From the NCBI GenBank assembly GCA_000388065.2, contig KB932209.1: a stretch of 64,000 nucleotides of DNA. One strand, written 5' to 3'. Below, piece after piece: positions 40,480 through 51,734 of the stretch (position 1 is its first letter; every line of letters begins with the position of its first letter). The notes below the pieces were generated by a model that was given only the letters and a program-made list of their open reading frames with translations, made no database searches and was not told where the DNA came from. The DNA comes from Fonticula alba ATCC 38817. Taxonomy: Eukaryota > Protista > Nucleariida. Made by a program: the position numbers and the translations under genes.

Positions 40480-41406
40480 CTCCAGATGGGACTGATGGGA
40501 GGGGGAAGAAGAGGCGGGGAGAGGCGAGGAGGGTTCGAGAGGAGGAGGAGGAGGAGGAGGAGGAGGAGGAGATCTGACGAGGCTGGGCAGTGTGTCTGTG
40601 TGCCTGTGTCTGCGTCGGTGTGGGAGCCGCGGGTGTGTTGTGCCCGCGTGCGGCTGTGGTATTTTGCGTGCGAGTGGCGGGCAGGAGAACGAGAGCGTGC
40701 GGGCCGTGTGTGTGTGTGTGTATGTGTGTGTGTGTATATAGTGTGTCGGTGAGTGTGTAAGTGTGGGTGTGCTGCTTGGTGTGTGTGTGTGTGGGTGTGC
40801 GGGCACAGCGCCGGCCCCGGGCCGCCTGGGGAGGGCGCCGATATTGCCGAGCGGCGCACGTGAGAGTCCGTTGGGAGATCATCATGTGTAATCACATGTG
40901 CCCCATTCGCGCCGCACCCCTCGTGGGTGCCTGCTTGCTCGTCTGCGCGCGCGCGGGGGGGGGGGGGGAGCTACGCGCCGAAGATGCGCGCGGTTGCCCC
41001 GCGCCGCGGCCAGACCGGGCGACACGCGTGCCCCGGCCCGCGCGTGAGGAGCCCCCAATCCAGGCGGGTCGGCCCGGCCAGGCCGGCCTCTCGCCGCCGG
41101 CCCCGGGTGCGAGGGAGCCATCCGGAGACCGCCATCGGCCCCGGGGCTCAGGCAAGGGGAGACGCGCTGGGTTGCCGGCAGGGCGACTCAAGCGGCAGTG
41201 CAGAGGGCCCCATGGGACCTAGACCCTTCTAGCAAAGACAGTCTCCCCTCCCCCGCACGCCGATTCCCCCCCTCCTCAATCCCCCTCCCCCCCCCCTGCT
41301 ACTTCTCCGGTCCCCCTCTCCCTTGCCTCTCCCCAGCCTCGCTCTCTGTCTCTCTCTCTCTCTCTCTCTCCCCCACCCGTCTCCCTTATTTCGACGTCTC
41401 CGAGCC

Positions 41407-44221
41407 ATGAGTTCCAAGAAGGTTGTCGCCGCCTCCAAGGCCCGCGCCGCCGCGGGTACGTCGATGCTTTTCACCCCGCCAGACCCCGTGCTTCGGCGGT
41501 GCACATGCGCCTCCCTACTGACCGACCGCCTGTTTGTCGTGCCTCCCCAACGACAACCCCCGCCCTTTCTCCCTCCCCCCCCCCCATCGGCGACTCTCGC
41601 CACAGGCAAGACCGCCCCTGTGGCTGCCGCCGAGCAGAAGGCCGCCTCCAAGCGCACCCGCCAGGAGGTCGAGGCCTCCGAGGAGGAGAGCGACGAGGAC
41701 GAGGAGGATGGCTCCTCTGGTGACTCTTCCTCCTCTGAGGAGGAGGAGGATGACTCCTCTTCCGATGACAGCTCCTCTTCCGACGAGGAGGGCGCCGAGT
41801 CCGGCCCGGCCAAGAAGAAGGCCCGTACCGAGACCAAGGAGTCTCCCAATCTCCCGGGCAAGACCAGCTCCTTCGGCAAGCTGAGCATCGAGGTTGGTGC
41901 GTATGCTGGACCGTGCTTTCCCTTCCCCCCCCCTCCCCCCCCCCTCGGCTCGCTTGCTCGATCTCTATNNNNNNNNNNNNNNNNNNNNNNNNNNNNNNNN
42001 NNNNNNNNNNNNNNNNNNNNNNNNNNNNNNNNNNNNNNNNNNNNNNNNNNNNNNNNNNNNNNNNNNNNNNNNNNNCCCCTCTTGTCCCTGATGCGCAGCT
42101 CCCGCCTTCAATGCCACCGACAACCACCGCTTCGACAGCCTCACCCTGTCGGACTTGACCCTGAAGGCCATCGAGGAGATGGGCTTCGCCAACATGACCG
42201 AGATTCAGAGGTGCGCCGGTCCCCCTTTTGGGCTTCCTCCCCGCCAGCACCCTCCTCCCTCCCCGCTCTCCCTGGCCTTCGTGCACCCCGACTGACTGGT
42301 GACTGGTTGGTGCTTCGCTCGCCGCTCAGCCGCTCGATTCCCCCTGCCCTGGCCGGGCGCGATGTTCTCGGTCAGGCCAAGACCGGTAGCGGTAAGACCC
42401 TGTCCTTCCTGATCCCGGCCATTGAGAGCCTTGCCCGCCTGGAGTGGAAGCCGCGCAACGGTCCGTCCCTTCCGCCAGCCCTTCGCCCGGCTGTTCGCGT
42501 GCACGGTCCCTGGTGGCCTTTTTTTTTTTCACTGACACACGCCCTGCCCCCCCCCCCCCCCCCCCCACTTGTCGCCCTCCGCTCTCCTGTCGTTCTCCTT
42601 CCCTTTTCCCTCGCCCATCCAGGCACCGGTGCCATCATCATCTCGCCCACTCGCGAGTTGGCCATGCAGATTTATGAGGTGGCCTCCGAGCTGATGAAGT
42701 ACCACCACCAGACCTTCGGCCTGCTGATCGGTGGTGCCAACCGGTGCGTGGTGCCATGTCCGCCCACCCGTCCTCCTTTCCCTGGGTGCATTTTCCTCCT
42801 GCCCTCGCGCCTTCCTGACTCCCGGCCTCTCTCTCTCTCTCTCTCCCTTCTCCCCCCCCCCTTGTGGATCTCTGTCCTTCGGCCTTTGCCTGGCTCCGGT
42901 CCCCTCTGCGGCTGGGCATGTCCCCACAGCAAGGCCGAGGCCGACCGCCTGGTCAAGGGTGTCAGCGTGATTGTCTGCACCCCGGGTCGTCTGCTGGATC
43001 ACCTGCAGAACACTCGCGGCTTCGTGTTCAAGAACCTGCGCGCCCTGATCGTCGATGAGGCCGATCGCATCCTGGAGCAGGGGTTCGAGGAGGAGATGAA
43101 CCAGATCCTCCGCCTGCTGCCGACCGCCCGGCAGACGCTTCTCTTCTCGGCCACCCAGACCACCAAGGTCGAGGACCTGGCCCGCATGTCGCTGCGCCAC
43201 ATGCCGATCTATGTCAATGTAGAGGACAAGGAGCTCGACACGGCCACCGTGGCCAACCTGGAGCAGGGCTACGTCGTGTGCCCGAGCGAGCGGCGCTTCC
43301 TGCTGCTCTTCACTTTCCTCAAGAAGAACATGAAGAACCGCAAGATCATTGTCTTCTTCTCCAGCTGTAACTCCGTCAAGTACCATGCGGAGCTGCTGAA
43401 CTACATCGACGTCCCGGTCATGGAGCTCCACGTACGTCGCCGCTGTCGTGCTCTCCCCACCTCCTGCTCGCCCTTTCCCCTGGCAAACATGGCCCGCTTC
43501 TCCCTTTCTCACCGCCCTGCGCACACACACACACACGCACACACGCACACACGCACACGCACACACATGTACACAGGGCCGCATGAAGCAGCAGCGCCGC
43601 ACGACCACTTTCTTCGAGTTCTGTAACTCCCAGACGGGTGTCCTGCTGTGCACGGATATCGCCGCTCGTGGTCTGGACATCCCGTATGTCGACTGGATTG
43701 TCCAGTACGACCCGACCGATGACCCGCGCGAGTATGTCCACCGTGTGGGCCGTACCGCTCGTGCCGGCAAGTCGGGCCGTGCCCTGCTCTTCCTCCTGGA
43801 AAGCGAGCTTGGCTTCCTGCGCTACCTCAAGCAGGCCAAGATCCCCCTCAATGAGTATGAGTTCCCGCTGGCCAAGCTGTCCAATGTCCAGTCGCAGCTC
43901 GAGCGCCTGGTGGAGAAGAACTACCACCTGAACAGCTCGGCGCGCGAGGGCTACCGCAGCTACCTCCAGGCGTACGCGTCGCACTCGCTGAAGAATGTCT
44001 TCAACGTGCACAAGCTCGACCTGCAGCAGGTGGCCCGGAGCTTCGGCTTCACGGTCCCCCCTTCGGTCAACCTGAACATCAACAGCACCGGCAAGGAGAA
44101 CCGCGTGCGCCGCCGCGGTGGCGGTGGCGGCTTTGGCACCGGCTACGACAAGGGCCACAAGAATGCCGATGTCAAGTCCATTCAGAAGACCGACTCCGCT
44201 GGCCGCCAGTGGTCGCGGTAA
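41407..44221 (+). CDS. HAS1: DEAD-box RNA helicase Has1/DDX18; 7 exons
   Basis: Q motif [70 protein letters not shown] and the Has1-specific [11 protein letters not shown]; acidic N-terminal stretch. Confidence 0.97.
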
Positions 44222-45054
44222 GGCCGACGGCGTGTGCACATCCTCGTCCCCCTTTCTCTCTCTCTCTCTCTCTCTCCCCCCTCCCCTCACTCCCTCCCTC
44301 TCTGACCCCCTTTCTTTGCTTGTGAGGGAGGCAGCCTAGAGGGATGGAGGCCGCGTGCGGGGCGGGGGGAGGGGGGGGGGGTCTTCGGTGCGGGGGCCGG
44401 ACGCCCTGCCGCCCTGTGGCCCTTCTCGCTCGGCTCGCGCCGTGTCCATCGTCATCACCCGCTTTCCCCTCCTCCTCCTTGCTTTCTCCCTCTCTCCGTC
44501 CCCCTTTCTTCCGGGTCTTCCCTTGTTGACCGTGGTCGGGAAGGGCCCCGAGATCGATCCCACAATAGACATCCGAAAAGTGCTGCCCGGGCCCCCCTCC
44601 CATAGCGTGTTCGATTTCAAATTCGGTCCTTCTTCAGCATGCCCCGTGAGACGACAAGACAACGCATGCAAAGGCACTGCAGCGGGGTCCGGGGGGGGGG
44701 GGAATATTGTTGGTATTTGAAAGCCGTAGCAGGGGGAAGGAGAGGGAGGGGACCACAACCGCGACGCGGGCAGAAAAGGGCACAGCTCTCAGAGGAGAAG
44801 ACGGAGAGAGAGAGTGGCATGTACTGGCTGTGCCAAGGAACGAGGGGGAGGGGGGGGGGAGGGGGAGATCCTTTGTCTTTTGTGACCGCGGCCTCGCCGC
44901 TCTTCATGTGGCTCCTCGCCGGCCCAGCCCGGCACACCCCTGAAAAGCAAGAGGGGGTGGTGGGCTAGGGCCAGCTGGGAAAGGCAAGAGGAGGGAAGAC
45001 GTCTATAATTGGTGCGCGGCATATGGGGGAGACACACCGAGGCAGGAGCATCTA

Positions 45055-46140
45055 TTAATGGCCCGAGAACCGGTCATCAAAGTACTCATCATCCGGGATG
45101 GGGTGCTGGTGTCCGCCTTGCTGGTTGTTGAACTCCTCCAGATGGTGCTCGAACATGTCGTCCGAGAAGTTAATCTGCCCAAAGGACCCGGCCTCGCCAT
45201 GGTGATGGGGGTGGTGCGCCCCCGCCTGGGGATACCCCTGGCCGAAGGCCGTCCCATCGAAGTGCTGACCATGGGCCTGGTGGGGGAAGTGCTGGAAGCC
45301 ACTCGGGTCGAAGGCAGGGTCGTAGTGTCCCCCCTGGGCGTGGGCCGCCGCATCGTAGTGCCCCTCCTGGGCGTGGGCCGCCGCATCATAGTGTCCCCCC
45401 TGGCCATAGGCCGCCGGGTGGTAGCCCTGCTCGTGGTACTGGCCGTACTGCTGGTGGGCTTGGGCGTGCTGGTGCTGGTGCTGGTGCTGATGCGCGGCAT
45501 GCCCCGAGCGCGGCTGCTGCCAGGTAAGGTGGGTCTCCAAGTGCTGGATCACCTCATCCGGGTCGAAGGAGGGGGGCTGGAAGTAACCGCCACCCGGGGC
45601 CCCCCCGTACTGATTGGCCTCGGCGGAGGCACCGGCCCCCATCATGCCATGGGTCGACAGCCGATCCATGACCGAGGCGATGTGCCCGGATGCGCCAGGC
45701 GCCGCCGACAGGCCCGCCTCATGCCCGGCACCGTAGTAGGCACGGTGGGCCGAGGGAGTCAGATACGACATGATGGCCTGATGCATGGCGGCACTGATGC
45801 GCGCTTGCTCCACCTCGTTCGCCAGCTCCAAATAGTCCTCGAAGAGGGTGGTCACCAGGTCGCGCAGGTTGTGCTGCATCAGGAAGGAGAAGATCATCTC
45901 AAAGGTCGGGCCATCGGGGGAAATGGCATCGTGTTGCTTCAGGGGGCCAAGGTGCATGTGCATCATGTGTGTGTGTACATATATAGGGGCCAGGGGGGGG
46001 GGGGGAATGCCAGTGAGAAAAGGGCGAAGAGAGGAAGTAGTCAGACAACCGCGAGCGACATGACGCGAGTTGGGCCCAAGCAGGTGACACCACGGAGAGG
46101 AGCGAACGGGGGCGCGAGCAGTCCTCCACCCGCCCACACA

Positions 46141-46221
<81 letters not shown>

Positions 46222-47335
46222 ACGCGCGTACCATGCGCTGGAAGAGCTTCACGAAGGACTGCACATCCTCGGTCTGGGCGACGATCGACAGGCAGGCCTG
46301 GTACATGTGCAGATCGACGACTGTGATGTAGCAAACCGGCGAGGCGTCCATAAGCCGGGCAAACAGGCGCTCCAGCCGCGAGTAGGAGAGCCCAGGGGTG
46401 GGGTCGCTGGCGGACAAACTGATGGCCTGCAGCAGGAGACGCTGCGTGTGCAGCACCGGCGGGAAATCCGGCGTCACCTTGGGCGGCATGTCGGCCGGGC
46501 GGACGCGTCGCTCGAGCATGTTCAGGATGCGCGCATCATTGATGATGTCCGTCAACAGGTTGTACAGGGCATCGAAAGTGTGGCAGGAGGCGACCTGACC
46601 AAGCCATATGACAGTGAAAGACCGGCAGTGGTGTGGGTGCGGGTGCAACGGGAGAGCAGAGCAGAGCAGAGCAGAGCAGAGAGGAGAGGGGGAGGAGGGA
46701 GACGCTGACAGTCAGCGAACGTGGCCACTGGAGAGGCAGGCCAGAAGGGGGGAATGAAAGCCGGCAGGTGGACATGAAAAAGGGCCAAGTCAATGACGCA
46801 CCCGGTTGAAGTGCCGCTGGATGCGCAGGTAGTGATTCTTGTAATTGAAGTACTCGTCGGAGTCCTTCACAAGCCCCGGGGGCAGGGGGATCTCCTGCTG
46901 CTGGGGGAGGGCGGGCGTGTTGGATTGCCGCCGCCGGCGGGTGATACTCGGACGATGGGGCCGGATCAGCTTGATGGCGGGCAGGTTGTCGGTAATCTGG
47001 GCGAACACCGGCTCCACGGCGTCGGGCGACTGCTCGTCCTTCAGGGCCTGCCAAATCTCGTCGGCACGCAGTGGGGCGGCCACCTGGAAATGCGAGCACT
47101 GCTGCAGAGTCTGGCACATGGCATACACCGAGGGCTGGTCGCCAAAGGACAGCGGGAAGTGGGACTCCAGGTTGCGCGTGACCGGCACCAAATCCATGCT
47201 CTTGAGTTGGCGCCGCAGGTTGGCGCGGAACTTCGTGAATTGCTTCTCATTCGAGAGGGTCTGAGCAAAATCCGCGACTACGTGCGAGTGCACGCGAGGG
47301 ATGAAGGAAGGCAGGGGGGTGTGTGTGCGCGCGCA

Positions 47336-47389
<54 letters not shown>

Positions 47390-47390
47390 G

Positions 47391-47440
<50 letters not shown>

Positions 47441-48350
47441 AGAGGGAGGGAGAGGGAGCGAGTGAGGGGGAGAAAGAGGCGATATGTCGGGGCATGCATG
47501 ATGGGAGGGCAAAAGAAAGGAGAAAAAAAAGACACATGTCCCAATATGGGCCAGGCGCGGGGGGGAGGAGAAGGCACTGACAGTTGAAGCTCTCCAGATG
47601 ATCCAGGATCAAGGTCTTGGTGGAATTATGAGGCAGGGCCCGGCTGATTGCCAGTTGGCGGAGTTGCACCAAGGTATAGTTTTTGGATGGGTTGAAGTGG
47701 ATCGGAAGCTTTTCGAGGAAAGCCTGGCGCCTGGCCGGCGTCAGGGACTGCATCCATTCAAACTCCGACTCCTGAATGGGTGACTTGGATGCGGCCGGCT
47801 CGCTGCTCGGCTGAATGGCCGAGAACCAGGCCCCTTCAATCGGCGCGGAGGTTGCCTTGGAGGCGGCACCGGCGGTGTCAGCGGAGGCAGCCTCGGTGGC
47901 GATGCTGGCATCGGCCTCACCGGCGGCCACGGCCTGAGAAGGGGCCGCGGATTCGGCGGGGGTGGCAGGAGCCAGGGTGGGGGCAGACGCTGTGGCGCCC
48001 TCCAAGGCCTCGGCTACCAGGGCCTGGCGAGGAGGAGCCTCGGTGGGGGCAGAAGTGGCGGCGGCGGCAGCAGCAGCAGCAGTAGCAGCCGTGGTGGCGG
48101 AAGCGGCCGCGGTGGCAGCAGCGAGCCCCGAGGCGGAGGCCAATGTGTCGGACGGCTGGCTGGGCGACGCATTGAGGGACATCGTGGCGAAGGACATCCC
48201 CCCAAAGAGGGAGCCGGTCGGGGGCTCAGAGGTCGATGAGCAAACCGGCGACGATGCCCCGGACAGGAACCTCCGGGCAAGGTAGCCGGCGCCCATCGCC
48301 GCCGGCCGGGCAGACACGAAGGCAACTTTGACAGTCCGGGCGAGGAGCAT
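45055..48350 (-). CDS. Putative mitochondrial RNA-binding protein: presequence, SAP-like motif, PPR-like repeats, His/Gln/Gly-rich tail; 4 exons
   Basis: N-terminus MLLARTVKVAFVSARPAAMGAGYLARRFLS is Arg/Ala-rich with no acidic residues. YTLVQLRQLAISRALPHNSTKTLILDHL is SAP-like. After splicing, DLHMYQACLSIVAQTEDVQSFVKLFQRM|QHDAISP-DGPTFEMIFSFLMQ shows an exact 35-residue PPR-like period. Confidence 0.65.
45320..45410 (-). repeat. 33-bp coding tandem repeat (GHYDAAAHAQ[E/G]) x about 2.7
   Basis: Units begin at about 45320, 45353 and 45386 on the + strand; translation in ORF 45055-46221. Confidence 0.85.
46143..46216. repeat. (CA)n microsatellite, about 37 units, intronic
   Basis: Read directly. 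Similar (CA)/(GT), (AG)/(CT) and (TA) tracts occur in many introns, e.g. about 1122-1182, 8962-8998, 47347-47420, 54605-54650. Confidence 0.9.
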
Positions 48351-48586
48351 GGCTCTGAGGGGTGGGAGACTGTCGGATAGAGCGGACGGGGGAAAGAAGG
48401 AGGGGAGGGGGGGAGAGAGAGGGGAGGGGGGGGAGGTCGGGGTGAGGAGGGATGCCCCGGCACCCGCAGGACGGCCCGCGGGCGGGGGGCCGAAAACTCT
48501 CCCCTCCGTGTGATCTGGCGCGGGTGGCTCGGCATGTTGCGTGTGTACCTTAGCGCATGCATGTCCATCTCGAACACCCGCCGAAT

Positions 48587-48633
<47 letters not shown>

Positions 48634-49111
48634 TGACTTGGCATGGTCAGCATTGCAGATGGTCTTGGGCCAGTCCTGTGCGGACGCTCCACGCCCTACC
48701 CGGCGTTGTTCCCGCCCCTCTTTCCCCCCTGCCCACAGGTACTGGCCTCCCGAACAAAGAGGCACACGCGGGGGGGGNNNNNNNNNNGAATACAGGGCGC
48801 GGCAACCAAAGGCACACTGCCCCGGGGCGAGAGAGGGACTCACGCATGCGCGCGCCACGCACACGCAGACCAGGTGGCTCCAGCCGACCGGCGGCACTCC
48901 CAAACGAGTGCCAACGGATCTCGGCCGATCGCCCGTCGGTGCGGAGGAAAAGGCGCCAGTGTGCGGGTGTCGACCTGGGGCCGGCGGCACCACCGACCCC
49001 TCCCCCTCGCCCTCCCCGCCCCGCCTCCCCCCCCCCCCCCCCTCCCCCCGTCCGCTCATCTGTCCGTCTGCGTGTCCATCCCGTCCCCTCCCCCCCGCCC
49101 CTGCCTTTTTC

Positions 49112-51240
49112 ATGAGTCGCTGGGAGAGGTCACCGCCTCCCGCTGTGCCGGCCCCGGCCCCGACCCCGACCCCGGCCCCGGCCCCGGCCCCGGTCGCCGC
49201 GACCAGGCCCGCGGTTGCCACAGCAAGCCCGGCAGCCCCGGCCGACGCGCCTCGTCAGCCGCAGATCACCCTGCGAAATGCCAGCTCCGGCGCGCGCGAC
49301 CGGCCAGCCACCCGCTTCGATCCGTTTGCCGAGCTGGACCTCTCGCCGGCGGACCTGCGCCGCGGGGCTCTGCCACTGTCGGCCCCCGGTCTGCGTGGCT
49401 GCCGGCGCGTGGCCGCTGCCTATACCGACCTGCAGGAGTTCGACGAGGGCGCCTACGGGGTGGTCTACCGGGCCAAGTGCCGCAAGACCGGCGAAACCGT
49501 GGCCCTCAAACGCCTGAAGCCGGAGCACGACCGAGTACGCGCATGCCCCCCTCCTCGTCCCCCTTCGCATCTCCCCTGCCGGTGTTCCCTCCCGGCCCGC
49601 GCCCGGCCAGGCCACACCCGTCGCCCTGGTACTAACCCTTTGGCGCGTTCGGCCCCGCCGGCGACAGATCGGCTTCTCGATCACCACCCTGCGCGAGGTG
49701 TCCATGCTCCTGACGGCACACCATCCACATGTCATCCGGGTGCTGGAGATCGTGGTCGGGTCTCCCCGATGCCCGGACGACTTCTACATCGCCATGGAGT
49801 ATGCCTCGTACGGGGAGCTGAAGCAGTTCCTGAAAAACTTCCCGCGTCTCCTGCGGCCAAACGAGGTGAAGATGCTGATGCAGCAGCTGGTGCGACCGGA
49901 CAAGCTCTCTGTCCCTTTGCTTGCCACCGCCGCCGCCGCCACCACCGTCACCGCCGCCGCCAATACCACTGCCATCCGGCGTGCCTCTGCCATGCCCCTG
50001 TCTCGCTCACCTGCCTGCCCTCCCCCTCCCCCTCCCCCTCCCCCCCCCCCTTTCCCCCTCCCCCTGGCTGTGCAGCTATCCGCGGTTGACCATCTCCACG
50101 ACAAGTGGATCATCCACCGGGACCTTAAGCCGTCCAACCTGTTCCTCGACGCCCGGGGGCATCTGAAGGTCGGGGATTTCGGCCTGGCCCGGGCCTTCGG
50201 CAGCCCGGTCAAGGAAATGTCCCCCAACGTGGTGACCTTGTGGTATCGGGCGGCCGAGCTGCTTCTCGGGTCCCGGGTTTACACCACCGCCATCGACATG
50301 TGGTCCGTCGGGTGCATCTTCTACGAGATCATGGCACGGAAGCCGCTCTTCCCGGCCCCCGGGGAATTTGCCATGGTGTCGGCCATTTTCGACCTGCTCG
50401 GCACTCCGAACGAGGTCATCTGGCCGGGGGTCAGCTCGCTGCCCTTCTGCAAGCAGGTGCGTCCACTTTCGCGGGGAAAGGGGGGTATCCTGCTTCTGCT
50501 CCGAGGGCATGCTTTGGGAGCATGCCCTTGTCCTGTCTCTCCCTCGCCCTGCTCCCTTCTCCGCGCATGTCCCCCCTGGCACCAGCTCACGCTCTGCACC
50601 TGCGCGCCCGTTCTCCCCCCCCCCCTTCCCTCCCATTCGTTGCCTGTCCTCCAGTTTACCCTGCGCCAGCAGCCATACAACCACCTTCGGAATAAGCTAC
50701 TCCAGTTGAATGAGAAGGGCGGCCCCGGCGGGGGAAGTACCCCGGCAGCCGGTGGCTTGGGCAGCTTCCTCTTCGGGGTCACCCCCCTGGTCACCGAGGA
50801 GACCATTGCCCTGCTGTCGGCCCTGTTGACCTATGACCCGGCCAAGCGTCTGACCGCGCGCGATGCCCTGAACCATCCCTACTTCAGCGAGGACCCGCCG
50901 GCCATTTCCCCTTCGCTCTTCCCCCGGCTTCCCTCGCACAAGACATACGAATCACGGTGCGGGGCCCCTCTTCTTCTTTGTTCTTTTTTTTTTTCGCATC
51001 GCTGCCCGCTGCCGCATCCGAGGTGCATCTTCCCCACACTCACCATCCTGCTCTCGTCCGCGGGCCACTGCCCAATCCATTTCCTCCCCCCCCCCTTTTC
51101 TCAGTCGGAGACAGCGCGAGGAGGATGACGACTACAGCGGCGGCGCCGAGGCCCGACGCCCCCGGCGGCACGATCCCGATGACGAGCGCATCCACACCGT
51201 CGAGCAACTGCGCGCCCTCGTCGAGGCCGAGGACGACTGA
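49112..51240 (+). CDS. CDK11: CDK11/CDK10 (PITSLRE)-like cyclin-dependent kinase; 5 exons
   Basis: GCRRV...EGAYGVVYRA, VALKRLK, GFSITTLRE (PITSLRE-like), HRDLKPSNL, KVGDFGLARAFGSP, VVTLWYR, IDMWSVGCIF, LLTYDPAKR. Splice phases checked. Confidence 0.9.
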
Positions 51241-51734
51241 GCCACCGCCCTCCCGAGCGCACACCCTCCCCCTCCTGCCTTCTCCCGCCAGTGCCGGCAT
51301 CGGTGGGGGGGGGAGGAGGGGCGAGGGACGAGGAGGACGCACCCCCTGTCGCTGCCAACTTCAAAATATACACCACATGAAAACGAATCTTACGCATACC
51401 TCCCATGTGACTATCCATTGGGACTCTTCTCGTGTGATCATTATTTTTGCCGATCGCTGGGTCTTTTTCTGTGACAGACCGATTACTCTCCAGGACTAAC
51501 GCCGAGCCAGCCCCCCCTCCTCCCGCNNNNNNNNNNNNNNNNNNNNNNNNNNNNNNNNNNNNNNNNNNNNNNNNNNNNNNNNNNNNNNNNNNNNNNNNNN
51601 NNNNNNNNNNNNNNNNNNNNNNNNNNNNNNNNNNNNNNNNNNNNNNNNNNNNNNNNNNNNNNNNNCCAGCCCCCTTTCCTCTGGTCCCGGATCTTTCAGG
51701 CCATCCGTTCAAGCGCCTCGCATCGCCCCGAGCC

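Noticed and set aside
51355-51500. AT-rich stretch with an Sm-site-like ATTTTTG between CDK11 and GAA1
   Set aside because: No U1/U2/U4/U5/U6 hallmark sequences; better explained as 3' UTR, terminator or promoter DNA.
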